Below are positions 19,625-29,264 of a stretch of DNA of 64,000 bases, piece by piece. Under the pieces are notes generated by a model. That model was not told where the DNA came from, searched no databases, and saw only the letters and a program-made list of their open reading frames with translations. A program made the position numbers and the translations under genes. Positions within the stretch are counted from its first letter, which is position 1, and each line of letters starts with the position of its first letter. Source of the stretch: Candidatus Aenigmatarchaeota archaeon (lineage in GTDB: Archaea > Aenigmatarchaeota > Aenigmatarchaeia > GW2011-AR5); contig JACQID010000004.1 of assembly GCA_016198685.1 (NCBI GenBank), positions 96,001 through 160,000 on the forward strand, in the 5' to 3' direction.

Positions 19625-19837
19625 ATGGCAGTAGAAGGAATGACAGCATTGGGAGCTGCACTGGCAATAGGTCTTACATCGATAGCAGCCGCATATGCAG
19701 AAAAAGAGATTGGAACCGCCGCAGTCGGCGCAATGGCAGAGAAAGAACAGCTGTTTACCAAGGGTCTTATCCTGACAGTCATACCGGAAACCCTGGTAAT
19801 ATTCGGTCTTGTAGTCGCTCTGCAGATATTAGCGTAA
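19625..19837 (+). CDS. atpK: A-type ATP synthase subunit K (c, single hairpin)
   Basis: GAALAIGLTSIAAAYAE..IG.AAVGAMAE, IPETLVIFG with the conserved Glu; GAGGTGG SD. Confidence 0.96.
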   Translation: MAVEGMTALGAALAIGLTSIAAAYAEKEIGTAAVGAMAEKEQLFTKGLILTVIPETLVIFGLVVALQILA

Positions 19838-19883
19838 ATTTTCTTTTTTGCGCTTTAGATATTTAACCTGACAGGCAGGTGCT

Positions 19884-20435
19884 ATGCAAATGGGAATTGA
19901 AGAAATGGCTTCGGGAATACTGAATGAGGCAGAAAAGAGAGCCCAAGCAATAATCCAAAAGGGGCGTGAAGAGGAACGTTCTGTAGAAGAAGAGATAAAA
20001 AACAAGGCAAAGCTTGAGAAAGAAACAATAAAGAACAAAACGAACGAGGAAATAATGCGCTTGGAAACCCGGGAGATAGCATCAGCCCGCGTCACGATGA
20101 AAAAGCAGATGGTTATCGAAAAAAAGAAAATAATAGATTCTATCTATGATAGTTTCTTTTCTGCTATGGAAAAAGAAATAGCAAAGGAAGAGCTTCTTGA
20201 AACGCTTTTTGAGGCTGGCAAATCCAAGCTTGGAAGCGTTGATAGAGTATACGTGAACCCTAATGACGTATCTGCCGCTAAGAAACTTTGCAAAGATGTC
20301 CGCACGAAGAATATCAGCGGCGGTATAGTGCTTGAGAAAGGCAAGGAATCCGTGGATCTTAGCATGGAGACTCTGCGAGGATTATTGCGACAAAGGACGC
20401 TCAAGAGCGTCTCTAACGTGCTTTTTGGTGATTAA
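19884..20435 (+). CDS. atpE: A-type ATP synthase subunit E
   Basis: MGIEEMASGILNEAEKRA, ISGGIVLE; operon position. Confidence 0.88.
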   Translation: MQMGIEEMASGILNEAEKRAQAIIQKGREEERSVEEEIKNKAKLEKETIKNKTNEEIMRLETREIASARVTMKKQMVIEKKKIIDSIYDSFFSAMEKEIAKEELLETLFEAGKSKLGSVDRVYVNPNDVSAAKKLCKDVRTKNISGGIVLEKGKESVDLSMETLRGLLRQRTLKSVSNVLFGD

Positions 20436-21419
20436 GTGGAAACGCATTCGTACGCGGTGACGAGAGCGCGGGTCATGAGATCTTTGCTCCTTTCAAGGGA
20501 AGATTATGCAAAGATGAAGAAAATGGGCCTGCATGAGATGATACGGTTTCTTGAGACCGGCCAGTACGGTGTGGAGATAGGAGACTTGGGGGCGCTTTAC
20601 AAGGGATCTGAGCTGATAAATATGGCGTTGAATGCCAGCATAGCGGGTGTTGTGAATAAGCTCATACGCATAGCGAACAAGAAGAGCGCCAGAAACGTGA
20701 TATCGCTTTATGCGGACAAATGGGTATACTCTAACCTCAAGCTGATCGCAAGAAAAATTGTCAACGGTCTTTCAGATGAAGACATGAAATACGGCATAAT
20801 CCCCATAATCCCAACGACAGCTGCTTTTTGTACAAGGTCTGCAAAAAGTGCAGAGGCTGCATCGAGTGCTATAGCAAGAATAACAGGTATGAAATCAGAT
20901 CTTATATTGAAATACATGAGAGAAAGAGACCTAGCTTCGCTAGAAAACGATATAGACCGCCAGTACTATTCAAGGCTTGCTGGCTTTAGCGATGCAAACG
21001 ATGAAGTAAAGAAATTCTTCTCCTTGATGACAGAACTTATCAATATCAGGAACATAATGCGCATGAAACATCATGAGATACCCTCCGAAAGAATATCCAA
21101 ATTCATTATAGGCAAGCCTTCAGGCTTGATTGCCAAGATTCTTCATCAGAATTATAACAACGCACTTGCTCTTCTTGAGAAAAACAACAAGAACCTTGCC
21201 GAGGGCGTAAGAGAAAAGAGAACGCGCTTGGAAAATAACGCAGAGAAAATATTGCTTAGAAGAGCGTCTATAATGATGCGCAAGCAGCCGCTTTCGATAT
21301 CGCCGGTGTTCGGTTTCATGGTAAGGAAGGAAGCGGAGATCAGGAACATACGGCTGTTAGTGAACGCGAAGATGACAGGCCTTGCCGAGACGTTTATCGA
21401 AGAAAATTTGGTGGAATAA
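20436..21419 (+). CDS. atpC: A-type ATP synthase subunit C
   Basis: YAVTRARVMRSLLL, ELINIRNIMR, EAEIRNIRLLVNAK. Confidence 0.9.
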   Translation: METHSYAVTRARVMRSLLLSREDYAKMKKMGLHEMIRFLETGQYGVEIGDLGALYKGSELINMALNASIAGVVNKLIRIANKKSARNVISLYADKWVYSNLKLIARKIVNGLSDEDMKYGIIPIIPTTAAFCTRSAKSAEAASSAIARITGMKSDLILKYMRERDLASLENDIDRQYYSRLAGFSDANDEVKKFFSLMTELINIRNIMRMKHHEIPSERISKFIIGKPSGLIAKILHQNYNNALALLEKNNKNLAEGVREKRTRLENNAEKILLRRASIMMRKQPLSISPVFGFMVRKEAEIRNIRLLVNAKMTGLAETFIEENLVE

Positions 21420-21420
21420 A

Positions 21421-21720
21421 ATGAATATAGCTGTCATAGGTGATGAGCATTTTGTAGCGGGTTTTAACATAGCCGGCATAAGCAGGGGGCGTGTTGTTGA
21501 CAAGGAAACCGCAGGCAGGGCCATAGAAGAGGCAATAGCCGAAGACAATGCGGTAGTAATAACAAATAAAACCGTTTACGACATGCTTAATCCAAGAATG
21601 AAGGAAACCGTGAACACTACAGTCAAGCCGACGTTCGTTATACTGTCTCATGATCTCGGCGCCGAGGAAAACCTCAGAATGATGATAAAGCGTTCACTTG
21701 GAATAGACTTATGGAAATAA
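21421..21720 (+). CDS. atpF: A-type ATP synthase subunit F
   Basis: MNIAVIGDEHFVAGFNIAGI, IKRSLGIDLWK; start moved to ATG 21421. Confidence 0.92.
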   Translation: MNIAVIGDEHFVAGFNIAGISRGRVVDKETAGRAIEEAIAEDNAVVITNKTVYDMLNPRMKETVNTTVKPTFVILSHDLGAEENLRMMIKRSLGIDLWK

Positions 21721-21738
21721 GAAAAAGGATGTGATGAA

Positions 21739-23466
21739 ATGGCAATAATACATAGAGTATCCGGTCCTGTGGTTACAGCCGAAGGGCTGGACGCTAGGAT
21801 GTACGACGTTGTAAGAGTCGGAAAGGAAAAATTAGTCGGGGAAGTAATAGAAATAAACGGGGACAAGGCCGTTATACAGGTCTATGAAGATACATCAGGC
21901 ATTGCGCCGGGAGAACCGGTGGAAACAACAGGAATGCCGCTTATGGTAGAACTTGGGCCTGGAATACTCAATAACATATACGACGGAATTCAGAGGCCGT
22001 TGCCGGAATTGCAGAAATTGATGGGCGATTTCATAAAGCGTGGCGCAAGCGTCAATTCCTTGGACAGAAAGAAGAAATGGAAATTTATCCCTTCACTGAA
22101 GAAGGGCGAGGAAATCACAGAGGGTGAAATTCTCGGCACTGTAAAGGAAACAAACACGATAGAGCACAGAGTGCTTTCGCCATGCTCCGGAAAAATCGAC
22201 GAGATAAAGGAAGGATCATATACTGTTGAAGAAACAATAGGCAAGGTAGGCGGCAAGGAAATTACTCTTATGCAGCGCTGGCCTATCCGTGCTGCAAGGC
22301 GCGTAAAGGAGAAGCTTGTTCCGGATACGCCACTTATAACCGGAATAAGAATACTCGATTCGCTTTTCCCCCTGGCAAAAGGAGGAACCGCCTCGATTCC
22401 GGGACCATTCGGAGCGGGAAAAACAGTGACCCAGCAAAGCCTTGCGAAGTGGAGCGATGCCGATATAATAGTTTATGTGGGATGCGGCGAGCGAGGCAAT
22501 GAGATGACCGAGGTACTTGTGGAATTCCCTGAGCTGATAGACCCGAAGTCCGGAAATCCTCTTATGGAAAGAACAACTCTCATAGCAAACACAAGCAACA
22601 TGCCTGTTGCAGCAAGAGAAGCCTCAATATACACCGGCATAACTATAGCCGAATATTATAGGGACATGGGTTATGACGTAGCATTGATGGCCGACTCTAC
22701 ATCGCGATGGGCTGAAGCCATGCGTGAAATCTCTTCCAGAATGGAGGAAATGCCAGGAGAAGAAGGATATCCCGCTTATCTTTCCGCAAGACTTTCAGAA
22801 TTCTATGAAAGAGCAGGCAAGGCGATATTACTTAGCGGCAGCATGGGTTCAATAAGCATAATCGGTGCTGTATCACCTCCAGGCGGCGATTTCTCAGAGC
22901 CTGTGACACAGTCAACGCAAAGAATAACGAAAGCTTTCTGGGCTCTGGATGCGGCGCTTGCAAATAGAAGGCATTTCCCGTCCATAAACTGGATGAATTC
23001 CTATAGCCAGTACGAATCTTCTCTTGCGCCGTGGTATAATGAGAATATCACTCCGCAATGGACTACTATCATAAGCAAAGTGAAGAAAATACTCTCAGAA
23101 GAGCAGAGGCTGCAAGAAATAGTTCAACTCATAGGCTCAGATGCGCTGCCCGAAAAAGAGCAGTTGACTCTGGAAGTAGCAAGACTGATAAGGGAATTCT
23201 TCCTTCAGCAGAACGCATTCCATGACGTTGACAGCTACTGTGCTCCTGCAAAAAGTGCAAGAATACTGCAGTCAATATTGTACTTTGAGGAAAAAGCACG
23301 CGCTGCAATAGAGGCAGGCGTGAGTGCAAGGGAAGCCGTTGCTATAAAATCGAAAAACAAAATAGGCGACGCCAAGTTCTATAAAGATTACGAAAAAATA
23401 TTGAATGAAGCTGATGCCGGAATGGAAAATGAAATAAACGAGATGGTGAGGAAAAATGCTGCTTAA
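21739..23466 (+). CDS. atpA: A-type ATP synthase subunit A (catalytic)
   Basis: [41 protein letters not shown]; no intein. Confidence 0.98.
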   Translation: MAIIHRVSGPVVTAEGLDARMYDVVRVGKEKLVGEVIEINGDKAVIQVYEDTSGIAPGEPVETTGMPLMVELGPGILNNIYDGIQRPLPELQKLMGDFIKRGASVNSLDRKKKWKFIPSLKKGEEITEGEILGTVKETNTIEHRVLSPCSGKIDEIKEGSYTVEETIGKVGGKEITLMQRWPIRAARRVKEKLVPDTPLITGIRILDSLFPLAKGGTASIPGPFGAGKTVTQQSLAKWSDADIIVYVGCGERGNEMTEVLVEFPELIDPKSGNPLMERTTLIANTSNMPVAAREASIYTGITIAEYYRDMGYDVALMADSTSRWAEAMREISSRMEEMPGEEGYPAYLSARLSEFYERAGKAILLSGSMGSISIIGAVSPPGGDFSEPVTQSTQRITKAFWALDAALANRRHFPSINWMNSYSQYESSLAPWYNENITPQWTTIISKVKKILSEEQRLQEIVQLIGSDALPEKEQLTLEVARLIREFFLQQNAFHDVDSYCAPAKSARILQSILYFEEKARAAIEAGVSAREAVAIKSKNKIGDAKFYKDYEKILNEADAGMENEINEMVRKNAA

Positions 23467-24829
23467 GGACTACAAGACGATAAGCCGGATAACGGGCCCG
23501 CTGCTCTTTGTTGAAAAGACGCATGATGTCGGATACAACGAACTTGTGAACATAACATTGCCCAATGGGGAGAAGCGCCTTGGGCAGGTTCTTGACACGT
23601 CCAAAGACGCAGTCACAGTGCAGGTTTTTGAAGGCACGACAGGCATAGACAAGAATGCTTCTGTGCGTTTTTTGGGGGACGTGATAAAGGCCAAAGTCAG
23701 CGAGGATATGCTCGGACGAGTGCTTGACGGTTTCGGGAATCCCATCGATGGCGGCCCGGACATAATACCCGAAGACGAAATTGACGTTACAGGGGCCGCA
23801 ATGAATCCTTATTCCCGCGCATCTCCCCAGGACTTCATACAGACAGGAATATCAACGATAGACGGCATGAATACGCTCGTTAGAGGCCAGAAGCTCCCAA
23901 TATTCTCAGGTTCTGGTCTTCCTCATAATGACATAGCGCTGCAGATTGCAAAGCAGGCCAAGGTTGTAGGCAAAGAAGAAAATTTCGCAATAGTATTCGC
24001 AGCAATGGGTATAACGAACGAGGAAGCACGAAAATTCATGAAGAGCTTTGAGGAAACAGGCGCGATAGAACGTGCCATCGTCTTCCTTAACCTTGCAGAC
24101 GACCCGGCAACGGAAAGGCTTATCACACCGAGAATGGCCCTCACTGCTGCAGAATATCTTGCTTACAAGAAGGACATGCATGTGCTCGTGATACTAACGG
24201 ATATGACCAATTATTGCGAGGCGCTGCGGCAAATTTCTTCCGCCCGAAGCGAGATTCCTGCACGAAGAGGCTATCCGGGTTACATGTACACGGACTTGGC
24301 ATCCATATACGAAAGAGCAGGCATAATCAAGGGAAGGAAAGGGAGCATAACCCAGATCCCGATACTTACGATGCCCGGAGATGACAAAACGCACCCGATA
24401 CCGGATCTTACCGGTTACATAACAGAAGGCCAGATACAGTTGGGTCGAGATCTTCATAGAAAGGCTATCTATCCTCCGATCGATGTAATGCCGTGCCTCT
24501 CAAGACTCATGAACCTTGGCATAGGCAAGGGCAAGACAAGAGAGGATCACAAGAACGTTTCTGACCAGCTTTATGCATTCTACGCCCAGGGCCGCGATCT
24601 TCGGAGCCTTTCCGCCGTGGTAGGCGAGGAAGCGCTTTCTGAGCGTGACAAAAGGCTGCTGAGATTTGCAGAGATGTTCGAGCAGAAGTTCGTGAACCAG
24701 GGTCATGAGGAAGACAGGAGCATCGAAAGGACGCTTGACATAGCATGGGAGCTTCTCTCGCAAATGCCCGAGGACGAACTCACAAGGATATCGCCTGAGC
24801 TGAAGCAAAAATATTACAAGGGAAAATAA
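23456..24829 (+). CDS. atpB: A-type ATP synthase subunit B
   Basis: [48 protein letters not shown]. Confidence 0.98.
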   Translation: MLLKDYKTISRITGPLLFVEKTHDVGYNELVNITLPNGEKRLGQVLDTSKDAVTVQVFEGTTGIDKNASVRFLGDVIKAKVSEDMLGRVLDGFGNPIDGGPDIIPEDEIDVTGAAMNPYSRASPQDFIQTGISTIDGMNTLVRGQKLPIFSGSGLPHNDIALQIAKQAKVVGKEENFAIVFAAMGITNEEARKFMKSFEETGAIERAIVFLNLADDPATERLITPRMALTAAEYLAYKKDMHVLVILTDMTNYCEALRQISSARSEIPARRGYPGYMYTDLASIYERAGIIKGRKGSITQIPILTMPGDDKTHPIPDLTGYITEGQIQLGRDLHRKAIYPPIDVMPCLSRLMNLGIGKGKTREDHKNVSDQLYAFYAQGRDLRSLSAVVGEEALSERDKRLLRFAEMFEQKFVNQGHEEDRSIERTLDIAWELLSQMPEDELTRISPELKQKYYKGK

Positions 24830-25456
24830 ATGCAGAACCTGAACCCGACGCGTGCCGAATTACAGAACGTCAAGAACAGGATAAAGCTTGCGGAGTCGGG
24901 CCACAAGCTCCTGAAGAAAAAGAGAGACGGGCTGATAATAGAGTTCTACAATGTGCTCAAGGATGCCAAGAGCATGAGGAGCGAGCTCAATGAAATCTAC
25001 AGGAGAGCTTACACTTCCATGCTTGAAGTTGCGGCCCTTGAGGGAATAATGGAGATAAAGAGCCTTTCCCTTGCCCTGAAAGACAAGCCGTCTGTTGAGT
25101 TGACTGTCAAGAATATCATGGGCGTCAGGATACCGCAGATAGCCAAAGGCAAAATCCGCAAGAGCCTCGAAGAGCGCGGCTACGGATTATTATCGGCTTC
25201 GATGCGAATGGATGATATGGCCGGGAATTATGAAGCCCTCCTTGAAAAGACTCTTGATGTGGCGGAAATCGAAACCAAGCTTCGCAAGCTTCTCATGGAA
25301 ATAGAGAAAACCAAGCGACGCGTGAACGCGCTTGAATACGTATTGATACCGCAGCTGCAGCAGCAGAAGCGCATAATCGCACTCCACCTTGAAGAAATGG
25401 ACAGGGAAACCACCTTCCGCCTCAAGAAGATCAAGCAGAAGGTTATTGCGAAGTAA
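24830..25456 (+). CDS. atpD: A-type ATP synthase subunit D
   Basis: NPTRAEL, GHKLLKKKRDGL, KTKRRVNALEYVLIP. Confidence 0.96.
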   Translation: MQNLNPTRAELQNVKNRIKLAESGHKLLKKKRDGLIIEFYNVLKDAKSMRSELNEIYRRAYTSMLEVAALEGIMEIKSLSLALKDKPSVELTVKNIMGVRIPQIAKGKIRKSLEERGYGLLSASMRMDDMAGNYEALLEKTLDVAEIETKLRKLLMEIEKTKRRVNALEYVLIPQLQQQKRIIALHLEEMDRETTFRLKKIKQKVIAK

Positions 25457-25497
25457 GGCTTTTCGCAATTTTAATACTTTTTTATCTGATTCTTGTC

Positions 25498-26400
25498 ATG
25501 GCGCATCATGTAAAGGGCAGTCTCATGTTTGATGACGGAATCAAGGTCCCTACAGGAATGAAGTATGGAAGCGATTTTTCTCTTAAATTATCGTATGTGC
25601 CTGTGAGCAAGGAAGGCACGCCTGTTGTGTATAAAGGGCGGTTTGATGTGGACTGTTTCGATCTAACTCATTCCGTCAAGGACATGGTATCATCTCATAA
25701 TGTTCCTGTCATGACAAAGGGTCTTGTACATGAAGGACATAGTGAAGGTGAAATATCCGAGGCAAATCCTCTTCTTATTACATTGAGAATAAAAGAAGAC
25801 AGGCTAAGCAGGCCTCCTTCCCAAAGGCAACCTATGCTAGGTTTTGCGTATGTATCTACCAGCGAAACCGACGAGTTCCTGAAAGAATTAGGGAATTCCT
25901 TCAATCCAGAATATCTAGGGGCGGCTTTAGAAAAGATACGACAGAACATAAAATACGGCACGGAAGCGGAGAATCTTCTTGATGATATTGTACTAAATAG
26001 AACAGGCATCTGCAAGGATTTTGCGTGTCTTCTGGATTATGCGGTGAAAAAGGTCGGAGGTATTTCTGATATCGCCAAGGGCAGAGCAATGAATCTGCGT
26101 GTCAGAGACATACCGGTCTTTCGTACGATAGATGAGGGGGCATACGGTTTCCATGGCTGGAATGAAATTTACCATAATGGTAAGTGGAATCTTGTGGATC
26201 CTACAATCTACACAAATTCTCCAGATGAAGTCAAAGAACGAGCGATAAATGAAGTACGCGACATTTATTTTCTGGAGCCGCCCGTACCCTCGATTTATCT
26301 TATAGACGGGCTTAAAGTGTCGGTGAATAAGGGCATGATTATATTGAACGAGCCACTAGTGACAGCAAACCTGGTTTCATGCGAAATAGCCGATAAATAG
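25498..26400 (+). CDS. Transglutaminase-like (papain-fold Cys-His-Asp) domain protein
   Basis: GICKDFACLL (Cys), FHGWNEIY (His), WNLVDPT (Asp). Confidence 0.82.
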   Translation: MAHHVKGSLMFDDGIKVPTGMKYGSDFSLKLSYVPVSKEGTPVVYKGRFDVDCFDLTHSVKDMVSSHNVPVMTKGLVHEGHSEGEISEANPLLITLRIKEDRLSRPPSQRQPMLGFAYVSTSETDEFLKELGNSFNPEYLGAALEKIRQNIKYGTEAENLLDDIVLNRTGICKDFACLLDYAVKKVGGISDIAKGRAMNLRVRDIPVFRTIDEGAYGFHGWNEIYHNGKWNLVDPTIYTNSPDEVKERAINEVRDIYFLEPPVPSIYLIDGLKVSVNKGMIILNEPLVTANLVSCEIADK

Positions 26401-26420
26401 CCAAAAAAACAAATAAAATC

Positions 26421-26621
26421 ATGCGTAAACTGAGTCGCAATCACAAGCTCCTTTTTGCCCTTGTCATAAGTTTCGGCATCATATTATTCTGGCGTGGAGT
26501 TTGGGGGCTTCTTGATATTTACCTGTTTCCTGCAAACCTGGAAACGAGCTTCTGGATTTCCGCTATTGCAGGAGTCGGCATACTTATTGTCACGGGTTAC
26601 ATGTCCAAAAGCCTCAGGTGA
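26421..26621 (+). CDS. Small two-TM membrane protein
   Basis: 66 aa, FGIILFWRGVWGLLDIY pattern, two hydrophobic helices. Confidence 0.7.
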   Translation: MRKLSRNHKLLFALVISFGIILFWRGVWGLLDIYLFPANLETSFWISAIAGVGILIVTGYMSKSLR

Positions 26622-26737
26622 ATCCGGAAAAACTTTAAAGTTTCTGTGCCGCAATGATTTATCATGATAGAGCGGCTCTTTCTGCGAATGAAAAGTAAGG
26701 AAGAGTAAGCAGGCTGATAGAATCGCCAAGAATTTAA

Positions 26738-26821
26738 ACATCGAATTCCGCCGTATTAATACGGTGGATGAAACAACGGGAATTCGATGTGAAAATCCAC
26801 CGCTTGAAAGCGGTGGATTTT
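26738..26821. repeat. Cluster of inverted repeats / REP-like hairpins
   Basis: 12-bp IR ACATCGAATTCC (26738-49) / GGAATTCGATGT (26779-90) enclosing palindrome CCGTATTAATACGG; then a 13-bp stem AAAATCCACCGCT-TGAA-AGCGGTGGATTTT (26792-26821). Confidence 0.85.
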
Positions 26822-26842
26822 TAAACATTGCATGTAAGAAAA

Positions 26843-27142
26843 ATGATGCAATTCTGTGAGTGTGGCGGCATGGTAGTTTCTTCAGGCGAGATTTCAAAGT
26901 GCCGCAACTGCGGCAAGGCTCAGGCCATGAAAGCGCAGAAGATAACGACGCACTCCGAAAAAAAGAATACCATAGTCATAGAAAACAACAAGCCGGATCT
27001 GCCTGAGACCGATGTCCAGTGCCCGAAATGCAGCCATAGCCGGGCTTATTGGTGGCTTATCCAGACGCGTTCTTCAGATGAGCCTCCGACCCAATTCTAT
27101 CGCTGCACAGAATGCAAGCATACGTGGAGAGAATACAAGTAA
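26843..27142 (+). CDS. tfs: Transcription factor S (TFS/RpoM family), paralogue 2
   Basis: FCECGG...CRNCG; CPKCSHSRAYWWLIQTRSSDEPPTQFYRCTEC. Confidence 0.9.
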   Translation: MMQFCECGGMVVSSGEISKCRNCGKAQAMKAQKITTHSEKKNTIVIENNKPDLPETDVQCPKCSHSRAYWWLIQTRSSDEPPTQFYRCTECKHTWREYK

Positions 27143-27175
27143 AACGATAAATATTAACGATAAAATAATAGTTAT

Positions 27176-27397
27176 ATGGATTTTCGGAAAGTGCTTGAAG
27201 CATTCATGTCCCCCAGTCCGGCTCCTAATTTTGGGGATGATTATACAGGACCAGTTACGTTTGCAAACGCTTACTCCAGTCCCGGGATATTTTCGGATGA
27301 CGGGAGACGTGAATTCGACCGTGCAGCTATCGGCTTATTGAGCGACCCCGATATAGGAATAGACGTTAAATACGGAAAATTTCTGCATACAAAATGA
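27176..27397 (+). CDS. Hypothetical protein
   Basis: 73-aa ATG ORF filling the gap; no recognisable motif. Confidence 0.45.
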   Translation: MDFRKVLEAFMSPSPAPNFGDDYTGPVTFANAYSSPGIFSDDGRREFDRAAIGLLSDPDIGIDVKYGKFLHTK

Positions 27398-27500
27398 TGG
27401 ACAATGGAAATCTATTGCCAGTGGTTGAGCAATTGAAATTGGGGGATCCATGTAAGTTATACCGTATACGTTTTGGTGAAAGCCGGCGAGGGAATATGAA

Positions 27501-27908
27501 ATGAAAGGATATGTAGACGGGTTTGTTATTCCTATAAAGAAAAAGAACGTGAAAGCTTACCTTAAGATGGCCAGGCTTGGATGCAGGATATGGATGAAGT
27601 ATGGGGCTCTTGACTACTGGGAATGTGTCGGGGATGAACTCACGGTGAAGATGGGTCCGCCAGAATCAAGCCCAAGACCAATGTCGCCGTTCATAAAAAA
27701 ATTCAGCCTCAAGCCGGACGAGACAGTGATATTTTCCTGGATATTATTCAAGTCAAAAGCGCACCGCAACAGCGTCAATGCGAAAGTGATGAAAGACCCG
27801 GCTATGCAAATGGAGAACTTTGACCCGAAGGAAATGCCTTTTGACGATAAGCGGATGCTCTACGGTGGGTTTTCGCCGATTGTTTCTGCAAAACGCAGGC
27901 GCGCATGA
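27501..27908 (+). CDS. DUF1428 family protein
   Basis: YVDGFVIPI, YGALDYWECVGD, ETVIFSWI, MPFDDKRMLYGGF. Confidence 0.88.
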   Translation: MKGYVDGFVIPIKKKNVKAYLKMARLGCRIWMKYGALDYWECVGDELTVKMGPPESSPRPMSPFIKKFSLKPDETVIFSWILFKSKAHRNSVNAKVMKDPAMQMENFDPKEMPFDDKRMLYGGFSPIVSAKRRRA

Positions 27909-27956
27909 TAAAATTATTTTTCTTAGTTCTTTTGCAAAACTAAGTAAATTAGTCTA

Positions 27957-29200
27957 TTATCTATTATACACAGACGGACTGACAAATGAATAAGTGCCTG
28001 AGCATGTTCCTGATTGGTGCTCTATATTAAGTGTATACGGATCAACTAATTGGATAAGAATTTTTCCTGTAGGCCCTTTTTCATAATTCCAATACAGACC
28101 ATTGCGGTCATTCTCATAGCAAAATATGTTGCCATGAGTTATATGCTGGAATCCAACATTCCTTGTCCCAGTGCTTTCAGGAACGAACATCCACTTCAAT
28201 GGTTCTGAGATCACGCCCCCTACAGAAATTACAGCAGCTTCTGGGAACCGGTTATCATATCCTAAATAAAGGTGATTTACCCAGTCTCCGTGCATCCTGT
28301 TTCCAGAGTCCCCGTGGAACCATTCGCCCTGGGGTGTCCCGAAAATATCATGCATTACGGTGCCACAATTTTTATCTTGCCTCTCAATCAAAGCGGTAAG
28401 CTGCTCTTTGACCGGGCTCGAGTAATAATCAAAAGGGCATGTTGAATGCAAAGATTTTATTCCATATCTTTGCGGATTTATGAAGTTATTATTATGCCTT
28501 AAGTCCCATGTCCCGAAATTAAAATTGCCCTGCATTCTCCCGACCGTTCCAAGAACTGTTCCTGCCTTCACAGGCTTGAGAAGCAGTATAGGGCATTGAT
28601 TGTCGCCCGGCGTTCCTCCGTATTTGCACTCATAATTCCGGATAAGATCTCGCATCTCCGGCGAAAATGACTTCACATGATCGACTATGCCGAACACATC
28701 CTTGCAGAGCGCATAATGAATCACGTGATCCTCCGGATCTGATGTCACGCCGTATCTTGGCTGGATGAGGGTTATCCATATGTCCCCGGGCGCATAAAGG
28801 GAAACAGTCTTCTCAGTTCCCTGCGTGTCAACGGCGATATAGGTATCAGTGCTGCTGCTGGCAGCTGCATGTTCCGGAGGGCTTGTCGATCCTATGGGCT
28901 CTATTGTCGTTATTTCTTCAATATCAACAGGGGACCGCGTGAAGAAGACATCGTCGCAGTCTGGCAGAAGCGCCTTCTCAGATGAGGTTAGTATTTCATA
29001 AGAAGGCCTGAAGTCGGTTTCCTGCGGAGCGAAGATTCCCATGCCGACATCAAAAGGCTCAGATTTTTTGGATCCCTCGTTCCAAAGTCACTGGTCTGGT
29101 TTCGGCTGCCTTCGTATGCGGCATTCTTATACTGCAAGCTAATGGCAAATATGATGGCAAATACCATGATTATTGCAATGATTGGAATGGCGTTCTTCAC
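27957..29200 (-). pseudogene. Secreted M23-like fold protein split by a single frameshift (pseudogene, slippage site or assembly error)
   Basis: Signal-peptide ORF 28988-29200 overlaps signal-less ORF 27957-29042; adding one A to the minus-strand A6 run (plus-strand T6, 29064-29069) fuses them as RDPKKSEPFDVGMG; body has LYAPGD and PVKAGTVLGTVG. Confidence 0.55.
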
Positions 29201-29264
29201 ATTAATTCATGTTCTGGGCGCATATTAATTTCTGAATTTGCCAAGAAATGCATTCTTCATGCAA

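Noticed and set aside
26655-26720. Second possible C/D sRNA (ATGATAG...CTGA)
   Set aside because: Box C deviates at positions needed for the kink-turn; evidence too weak.
26484-26897. Minus-strand ORF with a signal-peptide-like segment
   Set aside because: It overlaps two better-supported plus-strand genes and runs through the hairpin cluster.
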